Program-made: the position numbers and the translations under genes | DNA from: Mobula hypostoma | Lineage: Eukaryota | Assembly: GCF_963921235.1 (NCBI RefSeq) | Contig: NC_086118.1 | Location: forward strand, 28,522,001-28,586,000 | Direction of reading: 5' to 3' | Length of the DNA: 64,000 nt | Notes under the pieces: generated by a model | Databases searched by the model: none | What the model was told of the DNA's origin: nothing | Seen by the model: only the letters and a program-made list of their open reading frames with translations | In this document: piece after piece, positions 49,791 to 61,087 of the stretch | How the letters are laid out: every line of letters begins with the position of its first letter | How positions within the stretch are numbered: position 1 is the stretch's first letter

Positions 49791-51379
49791 CTCATGGACC
49801 CCTGCAGTGTATATTCAGTTGCTTGATCTTGCTGACATTGAGTGAGAGTTTGTTGTTATGATACCACTCAACCCAGGACACTAATCGCATCATGCTTAAC
49901 CTTTCGATTCCTTGTTCCGGGCAAGTACCCTCTCTCCTGCCCTGAAAATTCTGTACTTCACTTTAGTCTCTCTGTTTGCATGGGTTTTCTGATTATTTAG
50001 CACAATCTGTTTTGTGTTTGGGGGTCTAAGCAGGTTAAGCCAGGAGCAAAGCTGACTTTTCATCAATGCAGTGGTTGGAGCCATTTTGGTGGAGGTGTGA
50101 GCTGTATTGGCATCATGTCAGTAAGAAAGTGCTAAGATGCTGGTTAGTATCCACTTCTCACTGAAGTCGTCAGGGCCTGTTTCTTTGTTTGAAGGCTATT
50201 AGTGGCTGGATGGTATTCTGCTCATGATGCGCTGAATACTGTTTGCTGCCATAAATGCTTTGAACCCTTCAGATAGGAATTGTAGGCCATTGAGAAAACC
50301 CAAAATGGCTAAAGATGGAATGTAATTTTTCAGCACACCTTTCAGATGTAATGCACTTCTTGGTGGCAGCTTTGGGCCATTTGGTGTGTATGTCCACTAC
50401 GACCTAGAGCATGTGGCCTTCTACAGGTCCTGAAAAATCTATGTGACTCCTCTGTCATAGTTCTTCAGGCCAATCTCATGGGTGCAAAGGAGCAAGTTAA
50501 GGAAAATTTCTCACTCACTGACAATGTGGGCATGCTTTGGCCTTGTCTTTAGTGGTTACATCCAATCCTAGCTACAAGAAGTAGCTGTGTCTGATTTTGT
50601 TCATGCACACTATGCCAAAGTGTACTGCATGTAGCTTGCCAAGCACTTGCTTTTTTAATGATGGGCGAGTGAAAATACAGTAGCCCCATAGTAAACATCC
50701 TGCTTGGACTGTGACAGGGCCCAGTGTTGCATTCGACCAGCAGCCAGGGAAGGAGTGCCTGCATGTGGACCAAAAATTGACGTCAAGGGGCGATGATCTG
50801 TCAGTAGTGTGAATCATCAACCAAAGAGGAATTGATGGAATTTTTTAACTCCAAAGATAATTACAAGTGCTTCCCGTTCAATGTGGGCAGAGGCTTTCTG
50901 CCTTGCTTAATGTCCTTGATGTGAAAGCAATTGGACGCTCTTCACCCGACAGCATAATGTGTGAGATAATTGTCCCCACACAATAGGGTGACGTGTCACA
51001 GGACAACGGTATGGGCAGTGATGGGTTGAAGTGCATGAGTACTTCAGATTGTGACAGAGTGGTTTTGACCTTTTTAAAAGCCTCTTCACAACAATCTATC
51101 CACTGATGGTGTGTTGACATATTTAAAAGTTCATCAAGTGGTTTCAGCATGCGAGCTAGGTTAGGAACAAAGGTTCCGGACCCTTATCCCATATTCCCTG
51201 AGTCTTTGTTGTGTAGGTGCTTTGAAGGTGCTCATGCTCATTTTACCCAGTAATGAGTAAGTCATAAAGTAGCTTTGTACCTCGTCGATCTGCACAGGAT
51301 CTGTTCCATTGCTCACTGAAAAGTGCAGAGTTGAGGTGATAACAAACAGAAGCCGGCATGAACTTTGTGAGTCACTATG

Positions 51380-51895
51380 GTTCAAAGTTCAAAGTAAAAT
51401 TAAGTATCAGAGTACATACATGTCACCACATACAAACCTGAGTTTCTTTTTCTTGCGAGCATACTCAACAACTCTATAGAATAATAACTGTAAACAGGAT
51501 CAATGAAAGAGCAAGAATATTGAAGACAAACTGTGGAAATGCAAATATAAATAAATAGCAATAAATAATGAGAGCATGAAATAACAAGACAACGAGTCCT
51601 CAAAGTGAGATCATTGGTTGTGGGAACACCAGGAATAGAATGAGTGTAGTTATCCTCTTTTGTTCAAGAGCCTGACTTTTGAGGGGTAGCAACTGTTTTT
51701 GAACCTGGTGATGCAAGTCCTGAGGCACTTGTACCTTCTACCTGATAGCAGCAGCAAGAGAAGACTGCCTGAGTGGTGAGGATCTTTGATAATGGATGCT
51801 GATTTTCTACGGCAACATTTCATGTAGATGTTCTCAATGGTTGGGAGGACTTTATCCATGATGTACTGGGTTGAATCTAATACTTTTTGTAGGAA
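51380..51895 (-). mobile_element. Rex1/Babar-type LINE 3' end inserted in the Gypsy RT
   Basis: LQKVLDSTQYIMDKVLPTIENIYMKCCRRKSASIIKDPHH...RFKNSCYP; tail ttcaaagttcaaag. Confidence 0.85.
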
Positions 51896-53599
51896 TGCAT
51901 GGTCCACCTGTGCTGATGGTCAACATTTCCTGTGCCTCTGGCTCCACATGCTTCTGCAAGTACGCCTAACAGAAGTCGTTCTTGCTAATGTCTGTCCTTC
52001 AGCCAATCCTGCAAAAAGGTCATCAATAAGGGGAAGAAGGCATTGTTCAGCTCTAAGACCCTGCTTAATGGTTACCTTAAAGTCTCCACAGAGCCTTAAA
52101 GATCCATCCTTTTTTAAGATAGGAACCACTGGAGTTGCCCTTTTACTTACATACACTGATTCCAATACCTTACTTGGACCAGTCTTTCCAATTCAGCCTC
52201 TTTGCTTTGACGGTCTATGGAGCAGATCTTGCCTTCAGGCATTTGGGTGTTGTCTTAACAGCCATCTTAACAGTGATTCCTTTCATAGTGCCCAGTTCTC
52301 CATTGAATACTTCTGTGTGTTTCTTCAATATATCTTGTAGACCAGTGCACCCACCTATCAAATGCACTTCTTGCCTGTTAGTTTGCGCTGCTCCAACCAT
52401 GAGTTGCCCAGAAATGCTGGATAACTGCCTATAACAATGTGCAGTGCAAGTTTCTTTCTCTGTTCGTTAATCTCCACTGTGACATGTACTACGCCCTTCA
52501 GTCGAACAACCTCACCAGTGTAAGTCTTTAAAGACAACTTTGCCCCCTCTGGGGTGAGATGCTGCAATGTCTCCCTGTGAATTGTCTCTGAAACCAGTGA
52601 TACTGCAGCACCCCTGTCCACTTGCATCCTCACTGTGGCTCCATCCCACTGCAGGGTCATCCAATTGCTGTCTTTGTGTCCTGAAACTGATAATACATGC
52701 CAAGCTCCTTCCACCACAGAGTGAGAGTCACTCAGTCCATCTTCAGCATCTTAATCAGGTTTCTTTTTGCATTTCCAAAGTTCATTTTTCTTTATTACTG
52801 TGTTTTTGTTTAAGTGTCTTTTTATTTCTAAAGGCACATCCGATATATCCCTTTTTGCCATAGCCTCAGCTATCTAAATCCTTATACCAGCATTTTTTGG
52901 CTGAATGCCCCATTTTGCCACAATGGTAATATTGACTGGCACAGAACAGATTGACCAGTGACACTTTGAATGCAGTGCAGCAGGGAGTTCAAAAGCCTAA
53001 TGGCCTGAGGGAAGAAACTGTTTCCGATCCTGACTGTTCATTAAGTTTCAGCATAAACCTTTTGACATGGGAAGATGTGCTTAATAGCTGTGCTTTTTTA
53101 GCTGCCATCTTCATATAGGTACTAATCTCAGCTGACTTCTATAACAATAGTCTGTCTTCTGAGTTTATCATGTAAAGTGCCATTCTGTGAGTGCCCAAAA
53201 TCAGTGTTCAGACACTTGCTTCAGCATCGCCATGAACTGTGAAATGGACTCACCTTCCTCTTGTTTCCTGTTTTTGAAATCAAAATCTATTAGCAATAAT
53301 CAAACGTTGAGGTGAATAGTGCTTCTTTAAGACTTTAACTAGGTCTTCATAAGGCTTAACCCCAGACTTTGCAGGTTGCATTGGACTGTGTAATAAATTA
53401 ACTGTTTTTTCACCCATTGCAGTCAGAAAAGGTTGGAACATGAGTATCATCTGAAATTTGATTCACCGTTGCAAAAAATACAAATCTTCCAGTATATGAA
53501 CTCCATTGCTCTGTCGTTTCATCACACAGTCCCATACTTCCAAACATTGCCACCATTTGCAAACACAATAATGTTCCAGAAGTTAATTTGTCTTATCCA

Positions 53600-53795
53600 C
53601 TCCTCCCCCTCCCCCTCTCCCGCCCTCTCCTTCCCCTCCCTCTCCTTCCCCTCCCTCTCCTTCCCCTCCCTCTCCTTCCCCTCCCTCTCCTTCCCCTCCC
53701 TCTCCTTCCCCTCTCTCTCCTTCCCCCTCCCTCTCCTTCCCCTCTCTCTTTCTCCCTCTCTCTCCTTCCCCCTTCCCCTCTCCCTCCCCCTCTCT
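53600..53795 (+). repeat. Polypyrimidine 15-mer minisatellite (CCCTCTCCTTCCCCT)n
   Basis: Several exact tandem copies followed by degenerate ones. Confidence 0.95.
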
Positions 53796-53974
53796 TACCT
53801 GTTTTATTTAACTGTCCCTTTCTCATTTTTCTTCCTCAGGTTCTTCACTCACCATGCTTCTTGCAGCCATTTTCTTTTTGCTCACCTACATTATACAGCG
53901 GTACACTGCCAGCATTACACACAAACTTTTCTTGCTGAGGGGAACAAAAGATTAAATTGCATGAGGACTTGTCA

Positions 53975-53985
53975 CCTCGTCGTCA
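53975..53985 (-). promoter_or_regulatory. PBS of the Mag-like element (tRNA-Ser-like)
   Basis: TGACGACGAGG next to the LTR; the canonical motif is TGGCGACGAGG. Confidence 0.7.
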
Positions 53986-53987
53986 GT

Positions 53988-54134
53988 TGTTATGTTTGTG
54001 GTCATGGGAAGCCGAGTGCCTGTGAATACCACACACTCGAGAGACGGAGAAGTGAGGAACAAACATGTAGCTCTTTATTTTGCTTTTAGTCATCTACCCA
54101 GAATGCTCTCTCACATTACATTCAGTACGTAACA
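53988..54134 (-). repeat. Short 5' LTR (147 bp) of the Mag-like element
   Basis: TGTTATG...CGTAACA inverted termini, minus-strand AATAAA near 54075-54080, adjacent PBS. Confidence 0.7.
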
Positions 54135-54399
54135 CACAGGGAAGCTTAACAGCACCCCATAAGGGTCAAAATGTCCTTGAATAGATAAGCTTCACAATAG
54201 GTGCTCATCAATTAAAGTCAAAGAAGGGGTTTCCTCTGAGAGCTCTGACTGGAATTTTCTAGCAAAGAGACCTGTGGAAGTAAGAGTCATTTTGTACATG
54301 TGACAAGATTAACAGAAAATATATTTATAATTACAGTAGGCTAGCTGTTGCCAGTGCAGCAATCCTGTTAGGCCCTCATATCTCCCTGTACCCCTGCAT

Positions 54400-54640
54400 A
54401 CTATCTCACTTGCATTCTCTCTCACATACCACCCTATGATTCCTTTTGGCATTAATCTACACTAAGTGGTAATGTATGGTAGTAAATTTGCCCATGAGCA
54501 TGTATTTGGGATGCAGGAGAAATCTCCTATAATCACTGGAAAAGCAGGTAAACTCCACACAGACAGCACCTAAGCTCAGGCTTGGAGCAGGCCCCTAGAG
54601 TTGTAGGACAGCAGGTCTAAATGGTGTAGCAGTGCACCAC
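54400..54640 (-). mobile_element. Degenerate V-SINE
   Basis: gcatgtatttgggatgcaggagaaa...taaactccacacagacagcacc reverse V-SINE pattern. Confidence 0.55.
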
Positions 54641-55039
54641 CCGTACAGCAGATCTACACGGGACTCCAGGACTGTGGAGGAGACCGGATCTGAATAAAGG
54701 AGCAGGCTTCCCAGGGCAGCTGGCCGACTTGTGCTTCTTTGGCTTGTGCTTTCAGGTGCCCCATTGCTTCAGAATTTTTCCCCAGAAACCCCTCAATCCA
54801 CACCACAACATGGACTTGCTTCACATGCCTCTGAACTAGCAGAGCACACCAAAGAATGGAATTGAATTTCCAAGCACCAGTTCCAATGACAATAAAGACA
54901 ATTGACCTCATGCAGTAATTCTTGGTAATTTCTGATCAAAAATGGATAACCAGGCTTTATTAATGTATAAGGTCAATTGGTTTATTTTTGTCACATGTAC
55001 TGAGGTACAGTGAAAAACTGGTCTTGCCTACTGTTCACT

Positions 55040-55260
55040 GTTGGGACTGCACAGTATGTAGTGGTCAGCATCATAATATAACAGTGCCAGTGACCCAGGT
55101 TCCTTACTGGTGTTGGTAATGAGTTCTCACTGTGACTGCATCAGTTTTCTCCAGATGCTCCGGTTTCTTTCTGCATCCCAAAGATGTACGGGTTAGTAGA
55201 TTAATTAGTAAATTGGATGTAATTGTGTTTGTTGAGCCAGAAGGGCCTTCTGTTTTGTGA
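55040..55260 (+). mobile_element. Degenerate V-SINE
   Basis: gttttctccagatgctccggtttctttctgcatcccaaagatgtacgggttagtagattaatt V-domain; tail gagccagaagggcct. Confidence 0.7.
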
Positions 55261-55296
55261 AGAGTGAGGACGCCACTTTGTAGACACCAGTGCTAA

Positions 55297-55432
55297 GGTG
55301 TCCTGATGAAGGATTTCAGCTGGGGATGGCAACAGTTTACTCTTCTCCACAGACGCTGCCTGACCTGCCTGAGTTCCTCCAGCACTTTGTGTGCACTACT
55401 TGATTTCCAGCATCTGCGGATTTTCTCTTGTT
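55297..55432 (+). mobile_element. Penelope-type 3' terminal fragment with decayed hammerhead
   Basis: gtcCTGATGAagg...gacgctgcctgacctgcctgagttcctccagcactttgtgtg...ttccagcatctgcggattttctcttgtt. Confidence 0.7.
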
Positions 55433-56063
55433 CGCGTTAAGGATGATCGTGTCAAAGATGATGGTGCCTATCTTACTGATTGCACACTGCCGGTCAAGAA
55501 GTCAAGGACCCAGTTGCAAAGAGAAATGTTGAGTACACGTCTAGGATTATGGAAATGTGGCTGTTTGGAATTATCAGTTGTATTTAACCTTTGTCCACTT
55601 TTTTTCATGGTTATTCATTATTTTCACTGGGATGATTTCCATTCTATACACCGTCTCCTGCTGAGCATGGCGGAGAACACTGGATTTAATTACCGAGGTA
55701 GCAGGCACAGAATAGAGATTTGCTTTTGTCGATGAACTGGAACATTTCTCCACTCAAATAAAACTAATCCAAGCCAAAAACTGCTGTGGCATATGATTCA
55801 AGAGGAAAATATCTAGCAAGTTACTCTGTAAGGACACAAAAATGTGAGATTGTGAAGATTTCTGAAGTGTACAGAAAGTAGCTTCTGAAAATCTCATGAA
55901 ATATTAACCATTACCTCCTAGGACAAAGTATTACTGCAAAAAAAACAACAAAACCCTGCTAATATAAAATGGAGGATGAGTTGCTTCCAATAATAAATAA
56001 TTGGGCATGTTAACCAGCATTTCTAATTTCAACAGCATAATTAACTGTACAAAAACAAGTGAA

Positions 56064-56572
56064 TTAGATTAGATTAGATTCAACTTTATTGTCATTGTGC
56101 CGAGTACAAATACAAAGCCAATGAAATACAGTTAGCATCTAACCCAGAAATGCAAAGAATATTGTTATTTACAAAATAACAGTGAATAAAAAGTAAGTTC
56201 TACACCACACAAATATAAAAGTACTGAGACAGTACAATATGGGTGCAGTACTGCTTAGCGCTGTGATGTGAGGTTCAGCAAGGTCACAGCCTCAGGGAAG
56301 AAGCTCTTCCTGTACCTGCTGGTGTGGGAGCGGAGGCTCCTGTAGCACCTACCGGATGGGAGGAGAGTAAAAAGTCCATGGTTAGGGTGAGATACATCCT
56401 TGATAATGCTTTTCACCCTGCCCAGGCAGCGTTCATGGTAGATGTTTTCGATAGTGGACAATTGGGTGCAGTTTTCACCACACGCTGGAGTGTTTTGCAG
56501 TCCGATACGGGACAATTGCCATACCACACTGAGATGCAGTTGGTGAGTATGCTCTCAATGGTACAGCGGTAA
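56064..56572 (-). mobile_element. Rex1/Babar-type LINE 3' end
   Basis: FYRCTIESILTNCISVWYGNC, IENIYHERCLGRVKSIIKDVSHPNHGLFTLLPSGR; (ATTAG)n tail. Confidence 0.88.
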
Positions 56573-56579
56573 AAGGAGG

Positions 56580-59120
56580 AGATACCAGATTGTACCTAGG
56601 CTTGAGGACCTGAGTTACACAAAGAAGCTGTGTAGGCTAGGACATTATTCCCTGGGATGTTGGAGGTTGGGGAGTGACCCAATAGAGCTATGCAAGTTCG
56701 AGGAGCATTGACAGGATTGAAACACATGGTGTCTTTTTTTCCCCAGGGAAGGGGTGTTTAAAGACAAGAGGGCATAAGTTTAAGATCAGAAGCAAGAGAG
56801 TTAAAGGGGACGTTAGAAGCAGCTCCTTCATATAAAGGATAGTGCATGTCTGGAATAAGCTGTCAATAGTGGTTGAGGCCAGCAAAAACTACAGAAGAGA
56901 TAAGCGGAGCGGCCATTGTCGTCAGGAGGCCAGTGGTGAGAGAAGAGACGACAGGCTTTTGCTCATTCAGGCTTCAGTGAGGTAAGTGGGTAGGTGGACT
57001 TCGTTTTTGTTTTTTTCTTTTTTTTTGAGGAATGGAGAGCATGTCAGTAGGATTAGTGTTTTGCTCTGGGTGTCAGATGTGGGAATCCTGGGAATCTTCC
57101 AGTCTCCCAGATGGCCACATCTGCACCAGGTGCACCGAGATGCAGCTCCTGAGAGACTGTGTTTTGGTTCTGGAGCTGTGGCTCGATGACCTGAAGCTTA
57201 TTACGGAGAGTGAACAGGAGATAGAGAGGAGCTACAGGGAGCTAGTCACCCCGAGGCTGCAGGAGTTAGATAAGTGGGTGACAGTCAGGGAAGCGAAGGG
57301 AAGAACCCACACAGTAGAGAGCACCCCTGTGGCCTCCCCCTCAGTAATCGTTATCTCATTTTGGATGCGGTTAAGGGGGATGACCTGACAGAGGACGACC
57401 ACAGCGATCGGGTTTCTGGCACTGATCCTGGTTCCATGATGCAGAAAGGAAAGAGGAAGATGAGGAATGCGGTAGTCATAGGGGATTCCATAGAGAGGGG
57501 AACAGACAGGAGGTTCTGTGAGCCTGATAGAGATACCCGCATGGTGTGTTGCCTCCCAGGTGCCAGGGTACGGGATGTCTCGGATCGGGTGCAGAGTATT
57601 CTGAAGGGAGAGGGTGAATAACCATAAGTCTTGGTAAACGTTGGTACCAATGACATAGGTACAAAAAGGGAGGAGGTCCTGAAGAGAGAACTCAGGGAGT
57701 TAGGTAGGAAGCTGTAAAGCAGGACCTCCAGGGTTGTAATCTCAGGATTTCTGCCTGTGCCATGTGATGGCGAGTGCAAGAATAGCATGACCATTAATGT
57801 GTGACTGAGAGACTGGTTTAGCGGGTAGGGCTTCAGATTCCTGGATCACTGGGTCCTTTTCTGGGGGAGGTACGACCTGTACAAAAAGGACGGGTTATAC
57901 CTGATCCCAAAGAGTTCCAATATCCTAGCTGGCACATTTAATAGAGCTATTAGAGAGGGTTTAAACTAATTTGGCAGGGGGATAGGAACCGGAGTGATAG
58001 GGTTGAGGAAGGGGAAAACAGAAATAAATCAAAGATAGCCTGCAACAGGATTATAGAAAGAACAGGAAGGAGTTGAGGCTTAATCACAACCAGGGACATG
58101 AGTTACAGGGCAATAGAGACGTGGTGCAGTTAAAACAAAAAGCAACAAAGTGAAAGTGTTATATTTGAATGCACACAACACAAGGAATAAAATGGATGAT
58201 CTTGAAATTCAGCTACAGATTGGCTAATATGACGTTGTGGCCATCTCTGAAACTTGGCTAAAGGATGGCTGCCATTGGGAGCTGAACATCTAAGCACATA
58301 TGGTGTATCGGAAAGATAGGTTAGTATGCAGAGCGAGTAGTGTGGCTCTGTGCATAAGAAATAATATTAAATCATAAGAAACAGATAAGAGCATGGACTA
58401 TTGTGTGCAGTTTTGGGCTCCTTATTTTAGAAAGGATATACTAACATTGGAGAGGATTCAGAGAAGTTTCACAAGAATGATTCCAGGAATGAAAGGATTA
58501 CTGTATGAGGAAAGTCTGGCAGCTCTTGGGCTGTATTCCCTGGAGTTCAGGAGAATGAGGGGGGATCTCAGAAACATTCTGTATGTTAAAAGGCCTGAAC
58601 AGATTAGATATGGCAAAGTTATTCCCATGGTAGAGGAGTCTAGGACAAGGGGTACGACTTCAGGATTGAAGGATGTCCACTTAGAATAGAGATGCAGATA
58701 AATTACTGTAGTTAGAGGGTGGTAAATCTGTGAAATTTGTTGCCATGAGCAGCTGTGGAGGCCAAGTCATTGGATATATTTAAGGCAGAGATAGATAGGT
58801 TCTTGATTAGCCAGGGCATCAAAGGGTATGGGGTGAAGGTGGGGGAGTGGGAATGACTGGAAGAATTGGATCTGCCCATGATTGAATTGCGATGCAGACT
58901 CGATGGGTTGAATGGCCTACTTCTGCTCCTATATCTTATGGATTTATGTTCTAAAACCTAAAAGCCATGTAGAGAAGTACTTTGGATAGGAGTGACTTAG
59001 AGGGCTATGGCCAAACGCAGGCAGGTGGGACGAGCTAGCTAGGCCACACAGTTATTAAGGTCGAGTTGAGCATAAGGACGAGTTGAGCCAAAGGACTTCT
59101 TTCTATGCTGTATTTCTCTA
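56580..59120 (+). mobile_element. Older CR1 3' fragment (56580-56890, resuming 58955-59120), split by the CR1 below
   Basis: LGHYSLGCWRLGSD..., KTRGHKFKI, VWNKLS..VVEA, then aaaagccatgtagagaagtactttggatagg...ttgagccaaaggac tail. Confidence 0.65.
56891..58953 (+). mobile_element. CR1 LINE with 5'UTR, ORF1 (Zn finger + SGNH esterase), ORF2 start, large internal deletion and intact 3' end
   Basis: CSGC-x16-CTRC + leucine repeat; VVIGDSI, CLPGA, VGTND, DGLYL esterase blocks; LYLNAHN..NKMDDL..DVVAISETWL endonuclease start; jump at about 58390 to YCVQFWAPY; CR1 tail. Confidence 0.9.
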
Positions 59121-59539
59121 AGCAGGCCATTCAGCCTCTCGAGACCATTCTACTGTTTAACAAGAATAAGCCCAGAAAATCTTTTGCTTATCAAAAACCT
59201 TTCTAACCTTACTTTAAAGTTATGAAGAGGCTCTGCTACCTCCACACTTTGTCCAATACTATGTCATGACAAAAATATGTTCTGAATCCTCATGGCTAAG
59301 CTTACAGTCGTGGAATACAAAAGAAAACAAAACCCTTATTCCATTGGATTCAGTATTGGAAAAGGAATCAGGTTTAATATCACTGGCATATGTGAAATCT
59401 GCTGTTTTGCAGCAGCTGTACGTTGCAATACATAATAATAAAAAACTATAAATTATAATTATAATAACTATGTGTAAAACTTAAATTAAGAAATAAGTGC
59501 AAAAAAGAGAAGAAAAATATAGTGAGGTAGTGTTCATGG

Positions 59540-61087
59540 GTCTATCTATCAATTGCAAAAAGACAGAATGTATGGTGTGTTACGTTCCCCGTAACTGGGT
59601 TGCCAAACCAGCAGAAATGGATCACTCAGTTGGAGTCTGGATTACTGGAACTAAGAAAGTTTTATTAAAGAAATAAGCAACACAGTACTCTAATCAAAAG
59701 GATAATAAATGCAACAGTTCAGCAATGATAAACGCACATGTACACAGAATTAGGATAACAGGATCAATCAAGCTCTATCGTCGTCTAGGGGTAAATGACC
59801 AGTTTCAAAGTGACGCAAAGTTCAGTTCAGTTCACAGTAATCACTGCCGTGGGAGAGAGAGAGAGAAAGCGAATGAATATTCAAAAACGGCTTCCACACA
59901 GACCTTCGATATTCCTCGCAGTCAGCTTTCGGGCGAGCCCTTTATAATGTCTTCTGAGTTCACCGACTGTGACCCCTCCATTTCCAGATATGATCGTTTC
60001 TCTGCGGTGAACCTGGCACCCAGGCAAGGGCGGACACACACCAAGTTCCCGTCGATCGTACCTTTCCACCCTGTGCGTCTATGGCTTGGTCCCGCGGCCA
60101 GCCCTCCAAAACTCCCACCGACTTGTGGGAGGCGCACCGCTTCCAGGGTCTCGTCACCTCGTGGTGTCGTGTGTGTCTTGCCTTAGCGAACCTGTCCCTT
60201 TTTATCCCCCTGCTGGGGTATCGCCTGTCCATCACTTCAAACAGTTCAGGGTTCAAAGAGGAGCCGGTCTTGACAGCTCTCCCGTCTCTTCATTAACATC
60301 TCCAAATGCTGCTCCATTGTTTTCCTTATCTCTCTTTCTCCTGAAGACAGGTGGCAGACCAACTGCTGATCCCACTGGTGCCAGCACAGGACAGTTAACA
60401 TCTTAGTCTATGTGTACTTTCCTCACAGGTGATATCCAAAAAGAAGGAGAATCCTATCTGCAGGCTGAGAATAAATGGGGACGACATAAAACAAGTACAG
60501 AACTTATGCTGCTTAGGAAGCTGGGTGACATCAGATGGCAGTGGCGACTTGGACATCAAAAAAAGAATAGGGATGGCAAAAGACACCTTTATGAGAATGA
60601 AGAATATACTGATCAATACTAAACTAGGCATGACAACTGCCTCAGATTACTGAAATGTTATGTTTATCCAGTTATGTTATATGGCTCAGAATGTTGGACA
60701 ATATCTAGTAACATGAGGAAATGAATTGAAGCAGCAGAGATGTGGTTTTTGAGGAGGATGCAAAGAATATCATGGACGAAACGAATATCTAACAAGGATG
60801 TCATGAACAGAGCAAACACAAAAAAGAGAAATAATGTATGAGATCATGAAAAGGCAACGTAAGTTCATTGGACATGTGATTAGGAAAGAGGAGTTAGAAT
60901 GCACGGTAATTTTGGGAAAGATTGAAGGGAAGAAAGCAAGAGGAAGACAAAGACAAATGATGATGGAGACAGCAGCCAGAGTACTGGAAATGAATACCAG
61001 TGAATTGATCCACTTGACCTGAAACAGGAGTGTGTGGGCCATGGCAGTTAAAGCTCAAACTGGGCATGGCACCTGATGATGATGATG
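59540..61087 (+). mobile_element. 5'-truncated RTE LINE with (GAT)n tail and 11-bp TSD, interrupted by a solo LTR
   Basis: INCKKTECMV|ISKK..., LGSWVTSDG, RIGMAK, YVYPVMLYGSECW, AAEMWFLRRM, GHVIRK, GKIEGKKARGRQR; TSD AGTGTTCATGG at 59529-59539 and 61088-61098. Confidence 0.93.
59578..60427 (-). repeat. Solo LTR (850 bp), sister subfamily of the 23333-28231 element
   Basis: Long near-identical blocks shared with those LTRs; TG...CA termini; 4-bp TSD GGTG (59574-59577, 60428-60431). Confidence 0.93.

Larger units (their letters stand above)
46326..54134 (-). mobile_element. Old Mag-like Ty3/Gypsy element (5' LTR, gag, PR, RT, RNaseH, IN), fragmented by later insertions
   Basis: gag LKKHYSP..LIIA.RF...RKQEEGESISQF (53050-53590); decayed CCHC pair near 52830-52940; VRMQVDRGAAVSL protease; ATPVVPILKKDGSLRLCGDFKVT RT; LSCDTSPYCVG..ERPIAFTSRTLS RNaseH; integrase 49915-50760, its C-terminus (KWIP..WRRRVDRL, RNRQPPNRL) at 46326-46720. 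Confidence 0.85.
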
